From a virus: a stretch of DNA of 64,000 nt. Position 1 is the stretch's first letter, and each line of letters starts with the position of its first letter. Made by a program: the position numbers and the translations under genes. This document shows, in pieces, positions 8,741-18,524 of the stretch. The notes under the pieces are model-generated. The model had not been told where the DNA came from. It saw only the letters and a program-made list of their open reading frames with translations, and did not search any database. The DNA is taken from IMG/VR virus record IMGVR_UViG_3300002462_000001. The stretch is one strand, 5' to 3'.

Positions 8741-11700
8741 TTATTTCTTTAAAATTTCAACCTCGTCTGACAAACTAACCTCGCCAGCCCTGTAAGCACG
8801 CTTCATATCCTCAACCGTCGCAAACACTTTCGCTCTACCTTTCTTCTTGCGAGTTCGCGACCCCTCGTAGAGACCTTGCTGCCAGTCCTCCAGAGCTGTA
8901 AACATCGGCTCCCTGTTCAACGGCGATAACAAATTTTGCGACGGAAGCATTAACCGCTTAGCCTCATCTACCGCCTCATCGCTGATTGGTACTTGAAAAT
9001 TAAGAGCGTCGCCGTCCGTGTCCATCGAGTACCCAGACGAAACATACTGATTCATATGCATAGCGTCCCCTTTTACCAACCTGGGCCATAGTGCCATAAT
9101 GCCGTATTTGTGTAAAACCGGACTACGATCTACGACTACGGGTCGTTCCTTTGTTGCCTGTAGCAACGCTTGTTTTGCACGCCTATCCTTACTATTGTAC
9201 ATGTCCTGCGCCTGCATCAATGGTACACCGCCGCGCACCAACTTACGGATAATAACCGGCTTGTAAATTTCATACGCCGAATTTATCGGAATGCCTACCT
9301 CATCCATATCAAGTTGCGGATTAATGGTAATAACGTTCCTGGCAACATTGTCCACACCGCCGCCCAGCAAACTTCGCTGCACCATTCCGTATTTGCTGCT
9401 CCCATCGCCGAATACATTTTTCAACAAACCGCTCACGCGCTTCTGTACCAACTTTGGATGAGTCGGATCCATTAACCCGGTAATCTGCTTGAAATAGTTA
9501 TACGACTGCAAATACTCCTCGCCAGCATCGCCAATCTGCCGCTCCAACTCCTTAACCGAATCGTTATGATCAATAAACTGCTTGTACAGGTAGTTCACAT
9601 CCGCAACAAGTGCCGTCTTGGAACCCGTCATCTCAGATACCGGCCGGAACTTCGGAGGAATAACAGGCACTCTGTCCAACATCCAATCCGCAGGTGTTAG
9701 CTTGTTGTCTTTAGCGGATTTGAGAAACTGCAGCCGTTTAATAGCTTCGTCGCGCTTAGTACCTCTTCCATCAGCAACAACAGCACGGGCACGCAATATC
9801 TCCTGATCTACGTTCACCGCTAAAAGCGCTTTCTGTATGGCCTGTGGCCCAGTACCGTGAACACCAATACTCTCACGACCAGCAATCACTGACTCCAACT
9901 TTGCTTGCGTAAGACCAAGAATACGCCGTGCAGGTTCCTCCATAACCGGATTTAGAACAGGCTGAGTAGGCTTAATATAACCCCACCGGTCGCCATACTC
10001 ACCAAAGATCTTCGGATCGAACAGCCCATTAGCTATGCCTTTTTTATCGCCTTCCCATTTAATGGTTTCACTATTTTTTACCTCACGATTACCGGCCAGT
10101 TCCTTAACGTCATCATTGGTAAGTGCCATCATTTTAAACTTACCCGCCTTCGGAACCACATGAATCCCTGAACCTTCCAAATGCGCCATGAACTTGTGGA
10201 ACATCTCAGGCTGTTCAGGCTCCGGTGGCGTATAACCTCGCATGAAACTGGCCCAAAAAAGATCATTTTTAGCCCCGCGTATCCTACGAGCGTCGGCAAG
10301 CACGTTATACGCACCGTGAGATACAAGAGCATTTGTGTGCATTAGCGCAACCCTCTTTGCACCATTTTCACCGCCAGATGCAGGTTGTCCATCTGCTGTA
10401 TACCGACCAAATGAACGCGAAGATTCTTTGCCCTCGGCACTATGATGCAATTTCTGGATGAACCCGTAGCCCCAACCTATTCCCTTACCATCAACGCCAG
10501 TAATTTGTTTACCGGTCTCTGGATCTGTAACAGCATCACGAATATTAATCCCGTGTTCCTTTGCCAATTTCATCACGTACTCAGCCGTATCTGGATTCTT
10601 CGGATCAAAAGACTCTATTTTTATAGGACGGCCTAACTTCTTCGCAATTCGACCAAGCACATGTTCATGGAGCATGGCATGGTTAACTCTTCCAATGTTG
10701 GATATTGGCGAAAAACAGATCATAGCCGGACCATCTGGAGTCATAGGCATCTGATCATCAGGCACTATCTCGTTTATAACGCCTTTGTTTCCGTATCTGT
10801 TCGAACATTTATCGCCGACGCGCATCGGCTGTAGCGACTTCACAATAACGTTAACTCCGTTCTTATCCGTATGTATTGCTGTAACTACTCCCGGATCCTC
10901 GTTATCCCACTCAAGCGCACTGTTCATCAGTGAATTAGCGCCCTTGCGGTGTATGCGGTCAACCGGTTTCGTGTTAACATCCGCCTTAAGAACAAGCGGA
11001 TCGCCTTGACTCACCTTTGTACCAACTTTGACAATACCGTTATCATCAATCGTCTCCAACTGATCCTTATCGTAAATACCTGGAAACGCACCAATGAACG
11101 TGTTCTTACCTTGCTTTATATTGTCAGTCCAATCTATGCGGTGCTGATACGCATGCTGACTCTTCATCCTGTCAGCAAACGATTGACTAATCACAATACC
11201 GTCCATCGTGTTAGAGCCGCGCCACGGCATAACAACCGCTCGAGCGTTCAACCCCTGCGCTAACGCACCTGTATCATCAGTAAAATTAGACTTAGCAAGA
11301 ACCTGACCCTTTGTTATACGCTGTCCAGGCTGCACTAATGGAGAGTGCGATACAACCGTCTTACGGTTCGTAGGACTATCCTTAATCATCGGATATGTCT
11401 TTTCACCGTCGGCCGTATCAACCACAATAGAATCATCCGTAACACGTTTAACAACACCATCCGCTTTAGAGTTCACCGTTGCAAATCTGCCCACACGGTC
11501 TTCATAAGACTCATCCTCAGTACCTGGTACTTTCGATTGAACAAGAGGTGCTTCGCCGCCTTCCAAAGGAAGCGACTGAGTAAGCATACGAGCCGCCATT
11601 GCTACACGCTGACCTTTAACACTCCCAATCATAGGTATCAGATTGGACAAAGCGTTATAAGCACCTTGCGCATTAGGCATTATGTAGTCAATCTGATCCC

Positions 11701-13147
11701 GCTTAATGCCCATTCGTGGCTGCCTGTCGCTGTCAAATGCCGCAATTCTAGGCGCATCGCTGTCCCACTCCGACTGAAGCGTAAGACGAGACTTGGCTAA
11801 CTCCACAGGATTCTTGTACTCCTGCTTACCTGTTTTAGCGTTGATTACCGGTACATACAAATCGCCAGTTGAACTCTTAAGAGCACTGCTGCTGATGTAC
11901 GTGTCAACACCGGCACGTAACGATTCAGGTGTCTGCAAAGGATCAATAAACCCAAACATCGTGTTGTTTACTTCCCTCGCTGAATCCGGAATTGCTGACA
12001 CATCGCCGATCGCACCGCTGCCCATTCGAGTAACGCTAAACAGCTTACTGTACATGTCATACGGGTTTATCTCTTCAGCAGGTGAAGCCAGACCGCTCTG
12101 AGTAATAACCGCATTAAGCTGCTTCGTAAGAAGTCCAGGAGGTATCTTACTGAGGTCAGGATTATTCTTAGAGAGAAAAGTTAATTTATTAAGAGCCTGC
12201 CTTCTGACCCTGCCGTCATCTAGCTTGAGACGCTCTGCAAATAAATCCTCAGGTCCCATAAACCGTTGAAACTGCATAGCGTCTCTGTTGTCGCTATCCA
12301 CCTCTCCTCTGGCCAGCCGCATCAATTTAGACGAAGCAGCAATAACATGCCGCTTGTCAAATACATCGTCGTCAATATCTAAATTCGTTCGGCTAACCTC
12401 ACGGGCAAACTTTATCGCCTTAGCCTGCTCCTGTATCCGCTGACGCATTATTTCATCGCTATCCTTGTCGCCAGGCCTATGATATTGCTTCCTGACAAAC
12501 CTGTCGTAAAGCTTCTTCATGTTCATATCCTTTGCCTGCGCTTTGTTTATGTCCAACACACGCTTTCCCCACGCAGCCTCTAACTCCTCGTCAGTAGCGC
12601 CCATCGCGTTGAGAAAGGTGTAAAGCGGGATGTGGTTCTTACTAATCTCCATGCTAAACTTACCAGTCTTCGGGTCAAACTGATAAGCGTGAGTAGGACC
12701 TTCATGCGAAGCCGCATTAACATTGGAAATGAACTCTCCGTTCTCCTTCATTCGAGTGTAAATACCATTCTTCAACCGTTGCTGGCTCTTTATATAGTAC
12801 ATCGTACCGTTATCCATAATACCGCCGTTTGGCAATACATACGGAACATGAGCCAAGAGTTTTTTGGAGCGTTGAATCGGCTTCCCAGTCTGCGTATCAG
12901 ACAGAGTCCATACACCATGCAACTTACGCGTTAAAGACTTCTGCTGAAGACGAGCCTGGTGTATGTCGTGAGCGTTATACTCCGGAGAATCGCCCCAACT
13001 CACGTCAGAAATACTCAAAGTATAACGGTTGTTCTGAGCCGGAGGTAAATTGCTCGCAGTGTCAAAGACCGACGAAAATACGGCTTCACGAAGAGCGTCA
13101 GTGTCGTCGAAAGCCCTAAGCTTTAATTGAGGAGGAGGTGTAGACAT
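8741..13147 (-). CDS. rpoBC: Fused RNA polymerase beta + beta' N-terminal half (catalytic subunit)
   Basis: beta motifs FGFIDPLQTPE, GDKCSNRYGNKGVI, FIQKLHH, PEMFHKFM; beta' motifs GLFDPKIFG, VPVIPPKFRP, DRSPVLHK, YSMDTDGD, MLPSQNLLSP. Confidence 0.96.
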   Translation of the reverse strand: MSTPPPQLKLRAFDDTDALREAVFSSVFDTASNLPPAQNNRYTLSISDVSWGDSPEYNAHDIHQARLQQKSLTRKLHGVWTLSDTQTGKPIQRSKKLLAHVPYVLPNGGIMDNGTMYYIKSQQRLKNGIYTRMKENGEFISNVNAASHEGPTHAYQFDPKTGKFSMEISKNHIPLYTFLNAMGATDEELEAAWGKRVLDINKAQAKDMNMKKLYDRFVRKQYHRPGDKDSDEIMRQRIQEQAKAIKFAREVSRTNLDIDDDVFDKRHVIAASSKLMRLARGEVDSDNRDAMQFQRFMGPEDLFAERLKLDDGRVRRQALNKLTFLSKNNPDLSKIPPGLLTKQLNAVITQSGLASPAEEINPYDMYSKLFSVTRMGSGAIGDVSAIPDSAREVNNTMFGFIDPLQTPESLRAGVDTYISSSALKSSTGDLYVPVINAKTGKQEYKNPVELAKSRLTLQSEWDSDAPRIAAFDSDRQPRMGIKRDQIDYIMPNAQGAYNALSNLIPMIGSVKGQRVAMAARMLTQSLPLEGGEAPLVQSKVPGTEDESYEDRVGRFATVNSKADGVVKRVTDDSIVVDTADGEKTYPMIKDSPTNRKTVVSHSPLVQPGQRITKGQVLAKSNFTDDTGALAQGLNARAVVMPWRGSNTMDGIVISQSFADRMKSQHAYQHRIDWTDNIKQGKNTFIGAFPGIYDKDQLETIDDNGIVKVGTKVSQGDPLVLKADVNTKPVDRIHRKGANSLMNSALEWDNEDPGVVTAIHTDKNGVNVIVKSLQPMRVGDKCSNRYGNKGVINEIVPDDQMPMTPDGPAMICFSPISNIGRVNHAMLHEHVLGRIAKKLGRPIKIESFDPKNPDTAEYVMKLAKEHGINIRDAVTDPETGKQITGVDGKGIGWGYGFIQKLHHSAEGKESSRSFGRYTADGQPASGGENGAKRVALMHTNALVSHGAYNVLADARRIRGAKNDLFWASFMRGYTPPEPEQPEMFHKFMAHLEGSGIHVVPKAGKFKMMALTNDDVKELAGNREVKNSETIKWEGDKKGIANGLFDPKIFGEYGDRWGYIKPTQPVLNPVMEEPARRILGLTQAKLESVIAGRESIGVHGTGPQAIQKALLAVNVDQEILRARAVVADGRGTKRDEAIKRLQFLKSAKDNKLTPADWMLDRVPVIPPKFRPVSEMTGSKTALVADVNYLYKQFIDHNDSVKELERQIGDAGEEYLQSYNYFKQITGLMDPTHPKLVQKRVSGLLKNVFGDGSSKYGMVQRSLLGGGVDNVARNVITINPQLDMDEVGIPINSAYEIYKPVIIRKLVRGGVPLMQAQDMYNSKDRRAKQALLQATKERPVVVDRSPVLHKYGIMALWPRLVKGDAMHMNQYVSSGYSMDTDGDALNFQVPISDEAVDEAKRLMLPSQNLLSPLNREPMFTALEDWQQGLYEGSRTRKKKGRAKVFATVEDMKRAYRAGEVSLSDEVEILKK

Positions 13148-13154
13148 ACCTACA

Positions 13155-13191
13155 ATTATAGCCCGAATCGGTCTAGCACCTGTGCTATAAT
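13155..13191. promoter_or_regulatory. Back-to-back -10 promoter pair, copy 2
   Basis: ATTATAGC-N21-GCTATAAT; ATGs 7 nt (13147 minus) and 6 nt (13198 plus) away; shares GAATCGGTCT with copy 1. Confidence 0.8.
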
Positions 13192-13197
13192 GAAATT

Positions 13198-14265
13198 ATG
13201 AGTTACAAATGTGGTGGTTTTGATCTAGAGTTTCTGTCAAAATGTGTTTTGAAAAATCCAAAGTACCCACCTGGATACGTGCCTGGTGCGGGTATTGCTA
13301 AACTAGCCGGTGGTGTAATTATTCCAGGTATTGGATTTGTGCGATTGAACCCTGATTGCAACGAACGTCTTAAGAAAGCGGGCTATGTTCCTGGTGCGGG
13401 TATTGCTAAATTGGTGGCTGATTCACGTAACAAACAGTTGGAAAAGCTCGGTTTTATGCCGCTTGCTTTACGCGCTGGCGCTAGTCTTAAGACGTTATTG
13501 CCAACTATAAAAAAGAAACTTTTCACCTATAGAGGTCCTCAATTTGTAAAATCTCCGTTGGGACAGGCTGCCTTAGCTGGCGGTCTTGGAGCTGGAACTT
13601 TGGGCGGTAGCCTTTTAGGTGTTGATTATTTAAATCATGGGCCGCCACTTAGAGATTTAGCTGGCAGGCGTGCGGCTAACCCAGATGAAAACAATGCACA
13701 CTGGAGAAATGGAAAACCAATGAATATTAGTGGTTTAACGCCGCAACAGCGTGAAGATGCATATACATTGTTTGACGCGATGCATAACAACAAAAGAACA
13801 CAGCATCTGAGTTACCCGTCTATCCGCGTTAACCCAAAGCTACAGAATCCGCAATATAGCCCGTTATGGAACACAATACAGTTGCCCACAAAATCAAGTC
13901 TAAATGAGATGTTTCACGAAGGGGCGCACCGTACTACATACGGTACTACTTTTTGGAATCCGGTGAATAATATTCGGTTTCGTGGGCCAGGACTAAGGTT
14001 TTCGCAAAACTACCTACAGAATGAGTCTCGCACAGCAAGAGACCATTTCGAACTAAATCAACACGCACCAAAAAATCGCCAACTTACAGAAAAAGAGATT
14101 GCTGATTTTTGGAGAAATAATCTTACAGGGCATGCCAGTAACTACAAAGACTACAATCAGGTATGGAAAAAGTTCATGCGTAATCATAAACCATTCACGC
14201 AGTCAGATATGAATTCGAGCTTATGGTCACTACCGCAAACACTACCTGAGGGCTTTAATAATTAA
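13198..14265 (+). CDS. Cassette cargo protein B, putative zincin metallopeptidase domain
   Basis: Leader LKNPKYPPGYVPGAGIAKLA (partly duplicated), Gly-rich hydrophobic segment, NEMFHEGAH (HExxH) with downstream Glu (NESRT). Confidence 0.7.
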   Translation: MSYKCGGFDLEFLSKCVLKNPKYPPGYVPGAGIAKLAGGVIIPGIGFVRLNPDCNERLKKAGYVPGAGIAKLVADSRNKQLEKLGFMPLALRAGASLKTLLPTIKKKLFTYRGPQFVKSPLGQAALAGGLGAGTLGGSLLGVDYLNHGPPLRDLAGRRAANPDENNAHWRNGKPMNISGLTPQQREDAYTLFDAMHNNKRTQHLSYPSIRVNPKLQNPQYSPLWNTIQLPTKSSLNEMFHEGAHRTTYGTTFWNPVNNIRFRGPGLRFSQNYLQNESRTARDHFELNQHAPKNRQLTEKEIADFWRNNLTGHASNYKDYNQVWKKFMRNHKPFTQSDMNSSLWSLPQTLPEGFNN

Positions 14266-14289
14266 AAAAAAACCGCATTACTGTGCGGT
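14264..14289 (-). terminator. Intrinsic terminator between convergent genes
   Basis: ACCGCA-ttactg-TGCGGT stem preceded by an A run on + (U-tract on -). Confidence 0.7.
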
Positions 14290-14305
14290 AAATTCTTCTG
14301 CAGAA

Positions 14306-14542
14306 TTAGTTGCTACACTCTTCTAAATCTGTTTTCTGCGTAGCAATTTCTATCGATTCTGTACCTTCTTCAGGTTTAGTTGGTTCTTCCTGAAGCAATT
14401 TATGCATCACTTCCATACGTTCACGGTGTCCAGCGTTACGGGACTCCAAGAAACAACTGTGACTATAAGCCAAAACAGCTCCCAGAAGCACTAATGCAAT
14501 AAGCAGCTCAATTAACGTAAAACCGTAATTTGCTCTTTCCAT
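14306..14542 (-). CDS. Small prepilin-like protein (class III signal peptide)
   Basis: MERANYG|FTLIELLIALVLLG: G-1, F+1, E+5, hydrophobic helix. Confidence 0.75.
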   Translation of the reverse strand: MERANYGFTLIELLIALVLLGAVLAYSHSCFLESRNAGHRERMEVMHKLLQEEPTKPEEGTESIEIATQKTDLEECSN

Positions 14543-14624
14543 AACTCACCTCCATTGGTTAAAAGTTGAAATTCCCTTCAACAATATCTACCGCAAATTT
14601 ACCTAAATTTTAGAGGTTTGTCAA
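14540..14624 (-). promoter_or_regulatory. Sigma70 promoter + GGA stem-loop + SD module, copy 2
   Basis: TTGACA(14619-24)-17-TAAATT(14596-601); GTTGAA-GGGAAT-TTCAAC (14565-82); SD GGAGGTG. Confidence 0.85.
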
Positions 14625-14683
14625 GTCAACCACCCCTATAAACAGCCCCTCAAACACCCGCCAATGTCAAGCATGAGCTCCGC

Positions 14684-15007
14684 TCACTCTCCGCCACGCT
14701 CCCGACCTTCTGCAGCATCTTGTGCCCGCCGCTCATCGTAAGCCTTCTTGATTTTTAATTTCTGCAATAGATCAAAACTCGATCCCTCTTTTTTGTGCCC
14801 GGACGTATCTTTATCCCTATGAATAATCGACAGCACCTTCTCAATATCCATTAACAACTTCTGATCAAGTTCAGCTCTCTCTCGTTGTTCGTAAACTTCA
14901 TTCGCAATTTTACGTATAAAGTTAGGCAGACCATCCACAATGTCGTTTACCTTTCCTTCGAGTTTCTCAAGGCGCTCCTCAACATACGTTTTTGTATTTC
15001 TTGGCAT
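14684..15007 (-). CDS. Hypothetical coiled-coil protein
   Basis: ORF; upstream TTGACT-16-TATACT promoter overlapped by a palindrome. Confidence 0.6.
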   Translation of the reverse strand: MPRNTKTYVEERLEKLEGKVNDIVDGLPNFIRKIANEVYEQRERAELDQKLLMDIEKVLSIIHRDKDTSGHKKEGSSFDLLQKLKIKKAYDERRAQDAAEGRERGGE

Positions 15008-15071
15008 GATTTATTTCAGAGTTAAAGTTAAAATTAAGTATATTCAAGTTGACTACAAAGTCAACATAGCT

Positions 15072-15096
15072 AAAAGAAAGAGCAGCCAAAGCTGCT
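15072..15096 (-). terminator. Intrinsic terminator
   Basis: AGCAGC-TTTG-GCTGCT followed by CTTTCTTTT on minus. Confidence 0.7.
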
Positions 15097-15158
15097 GCCC
15101 GTAGCGTGCTTGACCCGTAGGTTCACGGGTGTCTTGTCAGAGACGGGCATTGGGTGTT

Positions 15159-15863
15159 TTATTGTGTATATTTGTTTCGCAGAAGTGCTTCGGAATCCTC
15201 CCACGACATTCCGAGTCCGTATAGCATATATGGCGATCTAAACCGGCAAACTGCTCGCTCATTCCATTTCTTTTGAGCTTCTTTAGCAGTGCGGATTTCG
15301 TATTCCTCTGATGTTTCAATGCGGAATTGTTGTCCATGGAAGGTGTTCCATAGATGTTGTTGGTGTTGCCAGTATTCTTGCTCTTCCCTGAGCAATTTGT
15401 CTGCTGTTCCTTCAATAATGAAGGTCTTATCCCGTTTCCATTCATTCCAGAACATTTGTTCCTGGACTGTTTCGTGGACATCTAAGAGATATATTATCTC
15501 TTCGTCAGTACAGCAGTCAAAATTCATTGACAATTCTTCCAGGGTTTCGGGATCGTCCCATCCCCTTGTCTGGATATAGTCCTCGACTATATCCGATGTT
15601 TGACCTGACCTTAAACCTCTACGGTCCAGGTCTTGGATCCAGGCATAGGCAAACATTATTGCTTGCCTTTTCATCTTTGGCGGTACGCTGTGTACCGCAT
15701 TGTGAAAATTGGACATAAATTCGTATGCCCAAATAGTAAGTTGTGTGTAGTTCGTCATATCTTTTCTTCCGTATAATGACCGCCCACGGGACAGAGCGTA
15801 TCGGAACCTCCCCGATATATTACCGTGCCAGTATAACCACTGGTTTGGGCAGAATTGCCTCAT
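15159..15863 (-). CDS. Hypothetical protein
   Basis: ORF track; true start may be the internal MTNYTQ. Confidence 0.55.
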   Translation of the reverse strand: MRQFCPNQWLYWHGNISGRFRYALSRGRSLYGRKDMTNYTQLTIWAYEFMSNFHNAVHSVPPKMKRQAIMFAYAWIQDLDRRGLRSGQTSDIVEDYIQTRGWDDPETLEELSMNFDCCTDEEIIYLLDVHETVQEQMFWNEWKRDKTFIIEGTADKLLREEQEYWQHQQHLWNTFHGQQFRIETSEEYEIRTAKEAQKKWNERAVCRFRSPYMLYGLGMSWEDSEALLRNKYTQ

Positions 15864-15930
15864 TCACCATAAGACCCTCACTGTGAGAATCTGACAAATC
15901 TGGTGATCCCACCATCTAGCGTTGTGCTAG

Positions 15931-16302
15931 CTAATTGCCGCTGATGTACGGACCGCCGCCTCCAGTATTCGGTACAAAGGTTGTACTCTCATACGGATGG
16001 CGCATGTTCGTTCCAGTTGGCTTGTCAGTTCCGTCAAACATAAGACCTCGCTCGTACTGCCTCTGACGCTCAGCACTGCCTACCCAAGGACTCTCTGTCA
16101 GTTTAGATCGGCCACCCTCGGTAAAATTGTGGAAAAGTGTTCTGTCTTCCAAAGACTCATCAGAGACGGTAACGCTGTAGGTGGACTCCGGCTCTTGCTG
16201 CTCAATCCAAATAAGACCTAAAACAACAAAATAGGCAAGTATCGAACCCACTAATAGGGCAAGCACCCGCTGATACAGCGGTGGTTGTGGTGTAGTTTTC
16301 AT
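15931..16302 (-). CDS. Membrane-anchored hypothetical protein
   Basis: N-terminal TM VLALLVGSILAYFVVLGLIWI. Confidence 0.6.
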   Translation of the reverse strand: MKTTPQPPLYQRVLALLVGSILAYFVVLGLIWIEQQEPESTYSVTVSDESLEDRTLFHNFTEGGRSKLTESPWVGSAERQRQYERGLMFDGTDKPTGTNMRHPYESTTFVPNTGGGGPYISGN

Positions 16303-16406
16303 GATACGTTCCTTTCAAATTGTTAAAACAGTAAGGAAAGTTCAAAACGATAATACTTTCCTCACTATTTCTTACCATAAAAAGAATGGTTTTTTAAGGC
16401 ACGCGC

Positions 16407-18416
16407 CTACAGCACCAGCGGAGCCTTCACAATAGGTTCAAAACTATCCCACTGCACCACCGGTGTTTCCGGTATGATGATTGCCGGATGTTTATATCTA
16501 GCAGCCGTAGATAAAAACTGCGTAAGAATCTGCTTATTCATCCACACACCATCCGACGGCGCATTGTACTTATCAGCGCCTTTGTATCTGGGACCATGAG
16601 AGTTAAGGAAAAACACATAGTCTTCGCCGCCGTCAAATACATACCCGCCAATCGAAGTTGAGTGATTCCACTTACCGGATAAAGTCGCTATACGCATACC
16701 GTTCTTACCGGCACATTTATCTGCAACCTTTGTTGTGTTACCGAGAAATAACGCAAGACCGGATTTACACACCTCAACCACTCTATCTACCATGTTATCC
16801 AAAGGCATAAAGCAAATACCGGACTGATGCTTTGCCGCCTCTTCATGGTAATCCATGTAGTCCTTCGGTACAGTTATGTTGTTCTCGCCGATAACGGACA
16901 TCGGGAAGTTGCCGATAACGTTTACTGCGTTGGAGACCGCCATTATTGAATTAGCAACTAAAACACCGTTCATAAAATAGCTATCAACACCCTCCGGAAC
17001 GATAGCGTAATTGTGCTCACTCCACTGTCGCTTATCGTCCGGCTCAGGATCAAGCACGGAGATCATATAAACTGGTTTTATACCTACAGGCTCAACTGAT
17101 ACAACTCTATGATTATTTTCAGCCAACTCTGACACAAAATTATCGTACGAACCAAAATTCTTGCATATGCGCTTTAATCTCGCAGCAAAACTATCAGTTT
17201 TTGACGACTTACCAGTTACTTTGGCAATAGCTGCTCTATACTTGCCTTCAGTAGAAATATCATAACCTAAATTTATTATTTTATACGCAGCATCCAATTG
17301 TTTTTGTTTAGATCGTAACAATCTATTTTGCCTATACGTCTCGGCAAAATCTGAATCAGTTGCTACGCGATGCCACATTTTTAAAACCGTGGAAGAACGT
17401 TTAGTACTACCTACATGACCTAAAAAATGCTCAGCTCTCGATACAATTTCTAAATTTTCCTCCAAGTTATTTAATCTATTCTCATCTTTATGATGTACTA
17501 CACCATCAGACAAATCAAAACCCATAACGTCTCCAAGCACTAATTGATGCATGTAGGCCTTACCTTTCTTTCTGTCATGCAATCCAACCCTGATATACCC
17601 GTCAGTATGTTTTGATGTTGACACCTGGAACAGACTCTGACCAACCTTTAAATTAACAGCATGAACAAATTCACCTGTTTTTAACATCATTGGATGATCG
17701 CACGAAAGCTCGAATACGCCTTTGTCTGTCGTTACCCGAACACACTCCTTCACGCCAGAATATGTGGCATACGCTTTTTTAGCCGCAACGCGCCCTAATC
17801 GCCTGGAATACGATAAAATAACAAACTCTTCTCCACTTAAAGCTAACTCGCCGGCTTTTTTAGCCCCAACTGAAGTATAAACCCGCTGATCAAACGTTAA
17901 ACACTGCCCGCCCTTATAACTCCCTTTCTTTGACCAGAGCCACGCAGCGGTAGGGTTGGCGGGGTTATATAGATGCGCCTGACCCAATGCAAGATTTATT
18001 AGCGTGGACATGTTGCTTGCGAATGCGGCCGAATGTCCTGAACACGTGGGACGACCCCCTTGCGAGAAAGCAAACTTATTACTCTTCTTAAACTGAATCG
18101 GCAAATGCGCTAACACATCCCAAGGAAGCCAACTATACCCCGCAGCATTAACACGAGCAAGTAATTCCTGCCTCTGTTTCAAGTATTTTTCAAACTCAGC
18201 ATCCCAAGCAAAGATCGGCATATCGCCGCCGCGCTCCCAGCCGGACATAGAGATTGTATCAGCACCCATAGACTCACAGAGCGCCTCGTCGTAGTCGTCG
18301 AACTCTACACACCCGTTAACGATGAGACCGTCCTCTATAAGATCATTCTGACTTCGGCGGCGAAGCGCCGCCTCGGACATCTCAATTTGCTGCCGCCGTC
18401 TTCTGAAAAGTGCCAT
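16407..18416 (-). CDS. Papain-like (C1-type) cysteine peptidase interrupted by an HNH intein
   Basis: SQGGRPTCSGHS (Gln/Cys), WNHSTSIGGY (His), FLNSHG (Asn). Confidence 0.8.
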   Translation of the reverse strand: MALFRRRRQQIEMSEAALRRRSQNDLIEDGLIVNGCVEFDDYDEALCESMGADTISMSGWERGGDMPIFAWDAEFEKYLKQRQELLARVNAAGYSWLPWDVLAHLPIQFKKSNKFAFSQGGRPTCSGHSAAFASNMSTLINLALGQAHLYNPANPTAAWLWSKKGSYKGGQCLTFDQRVYTSVGAKKAGELALSGEEFVILSYSRRLGRVAAKKAYATYSGVKECVRVTTDKGVFELSCDHPMMLKTGEFVHAVNLKVGQSLFQVSTSKHTDGYIRVGLHDRKKGKAYMHQLVLGDVMGFDLSDGVVHHKDENRLNNLEENLEIVSRAEHFLGHVGSTKRSSTVLKMWHRVATDSDFAETYRQNRLLRSKQKQLDAAYKIINLGYDISTEGKYRAAIAKVTGKSSKTDSFAARLKRICKNFGSYDNFVSELAENNHRVVSVEPVGIKPVYMISVLDPEPDDKRQWSEHNYAIVPEGVDSYFMNGVLVANSIMAVSNAVNVIGNFPMSVIGENNITVPKDYMDYHEEAAKHQSGICFMPLDNMVDRVVEVCKSGLALFLGNTTKVADKCAGKNGMRIATLSGKWNHSTSIGGYVFDGGEDYVFFLNSHGPRYKGADKYNAPSDGVWMNKQILTQFLSTAARYKHPAIIIPETPVVQWDSFEPIVKAPLVL
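16950..17903 (-). mobile_element. Intein (318 aa) with HNH endonuclease
   Basis: GGQ|CLTFDQRVYT...CDHPM...VHHKDENRLNNLEENL...NGVLVAN|S. Confidence 0.88.
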
Positions 18417-18524
18417 GGTTCGTGAAAGATTAGTGTGAGTTTCCTATATCTATTATAACCGACATAATCGACGGTCAAAAACCATAACTCAATATAAGAG
18501 CAAAAAGAGCCGATTAATTGAAAC

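Noticed and set aside
9170-13119. Plus-strand ORFs within the RNAP gene, and similar shadows over tubulin, polA, iscB, tnpB and recA
   Set aside because: Antisense or alternate-frame shadows of strongly conserved genes with no motifs or start signals.
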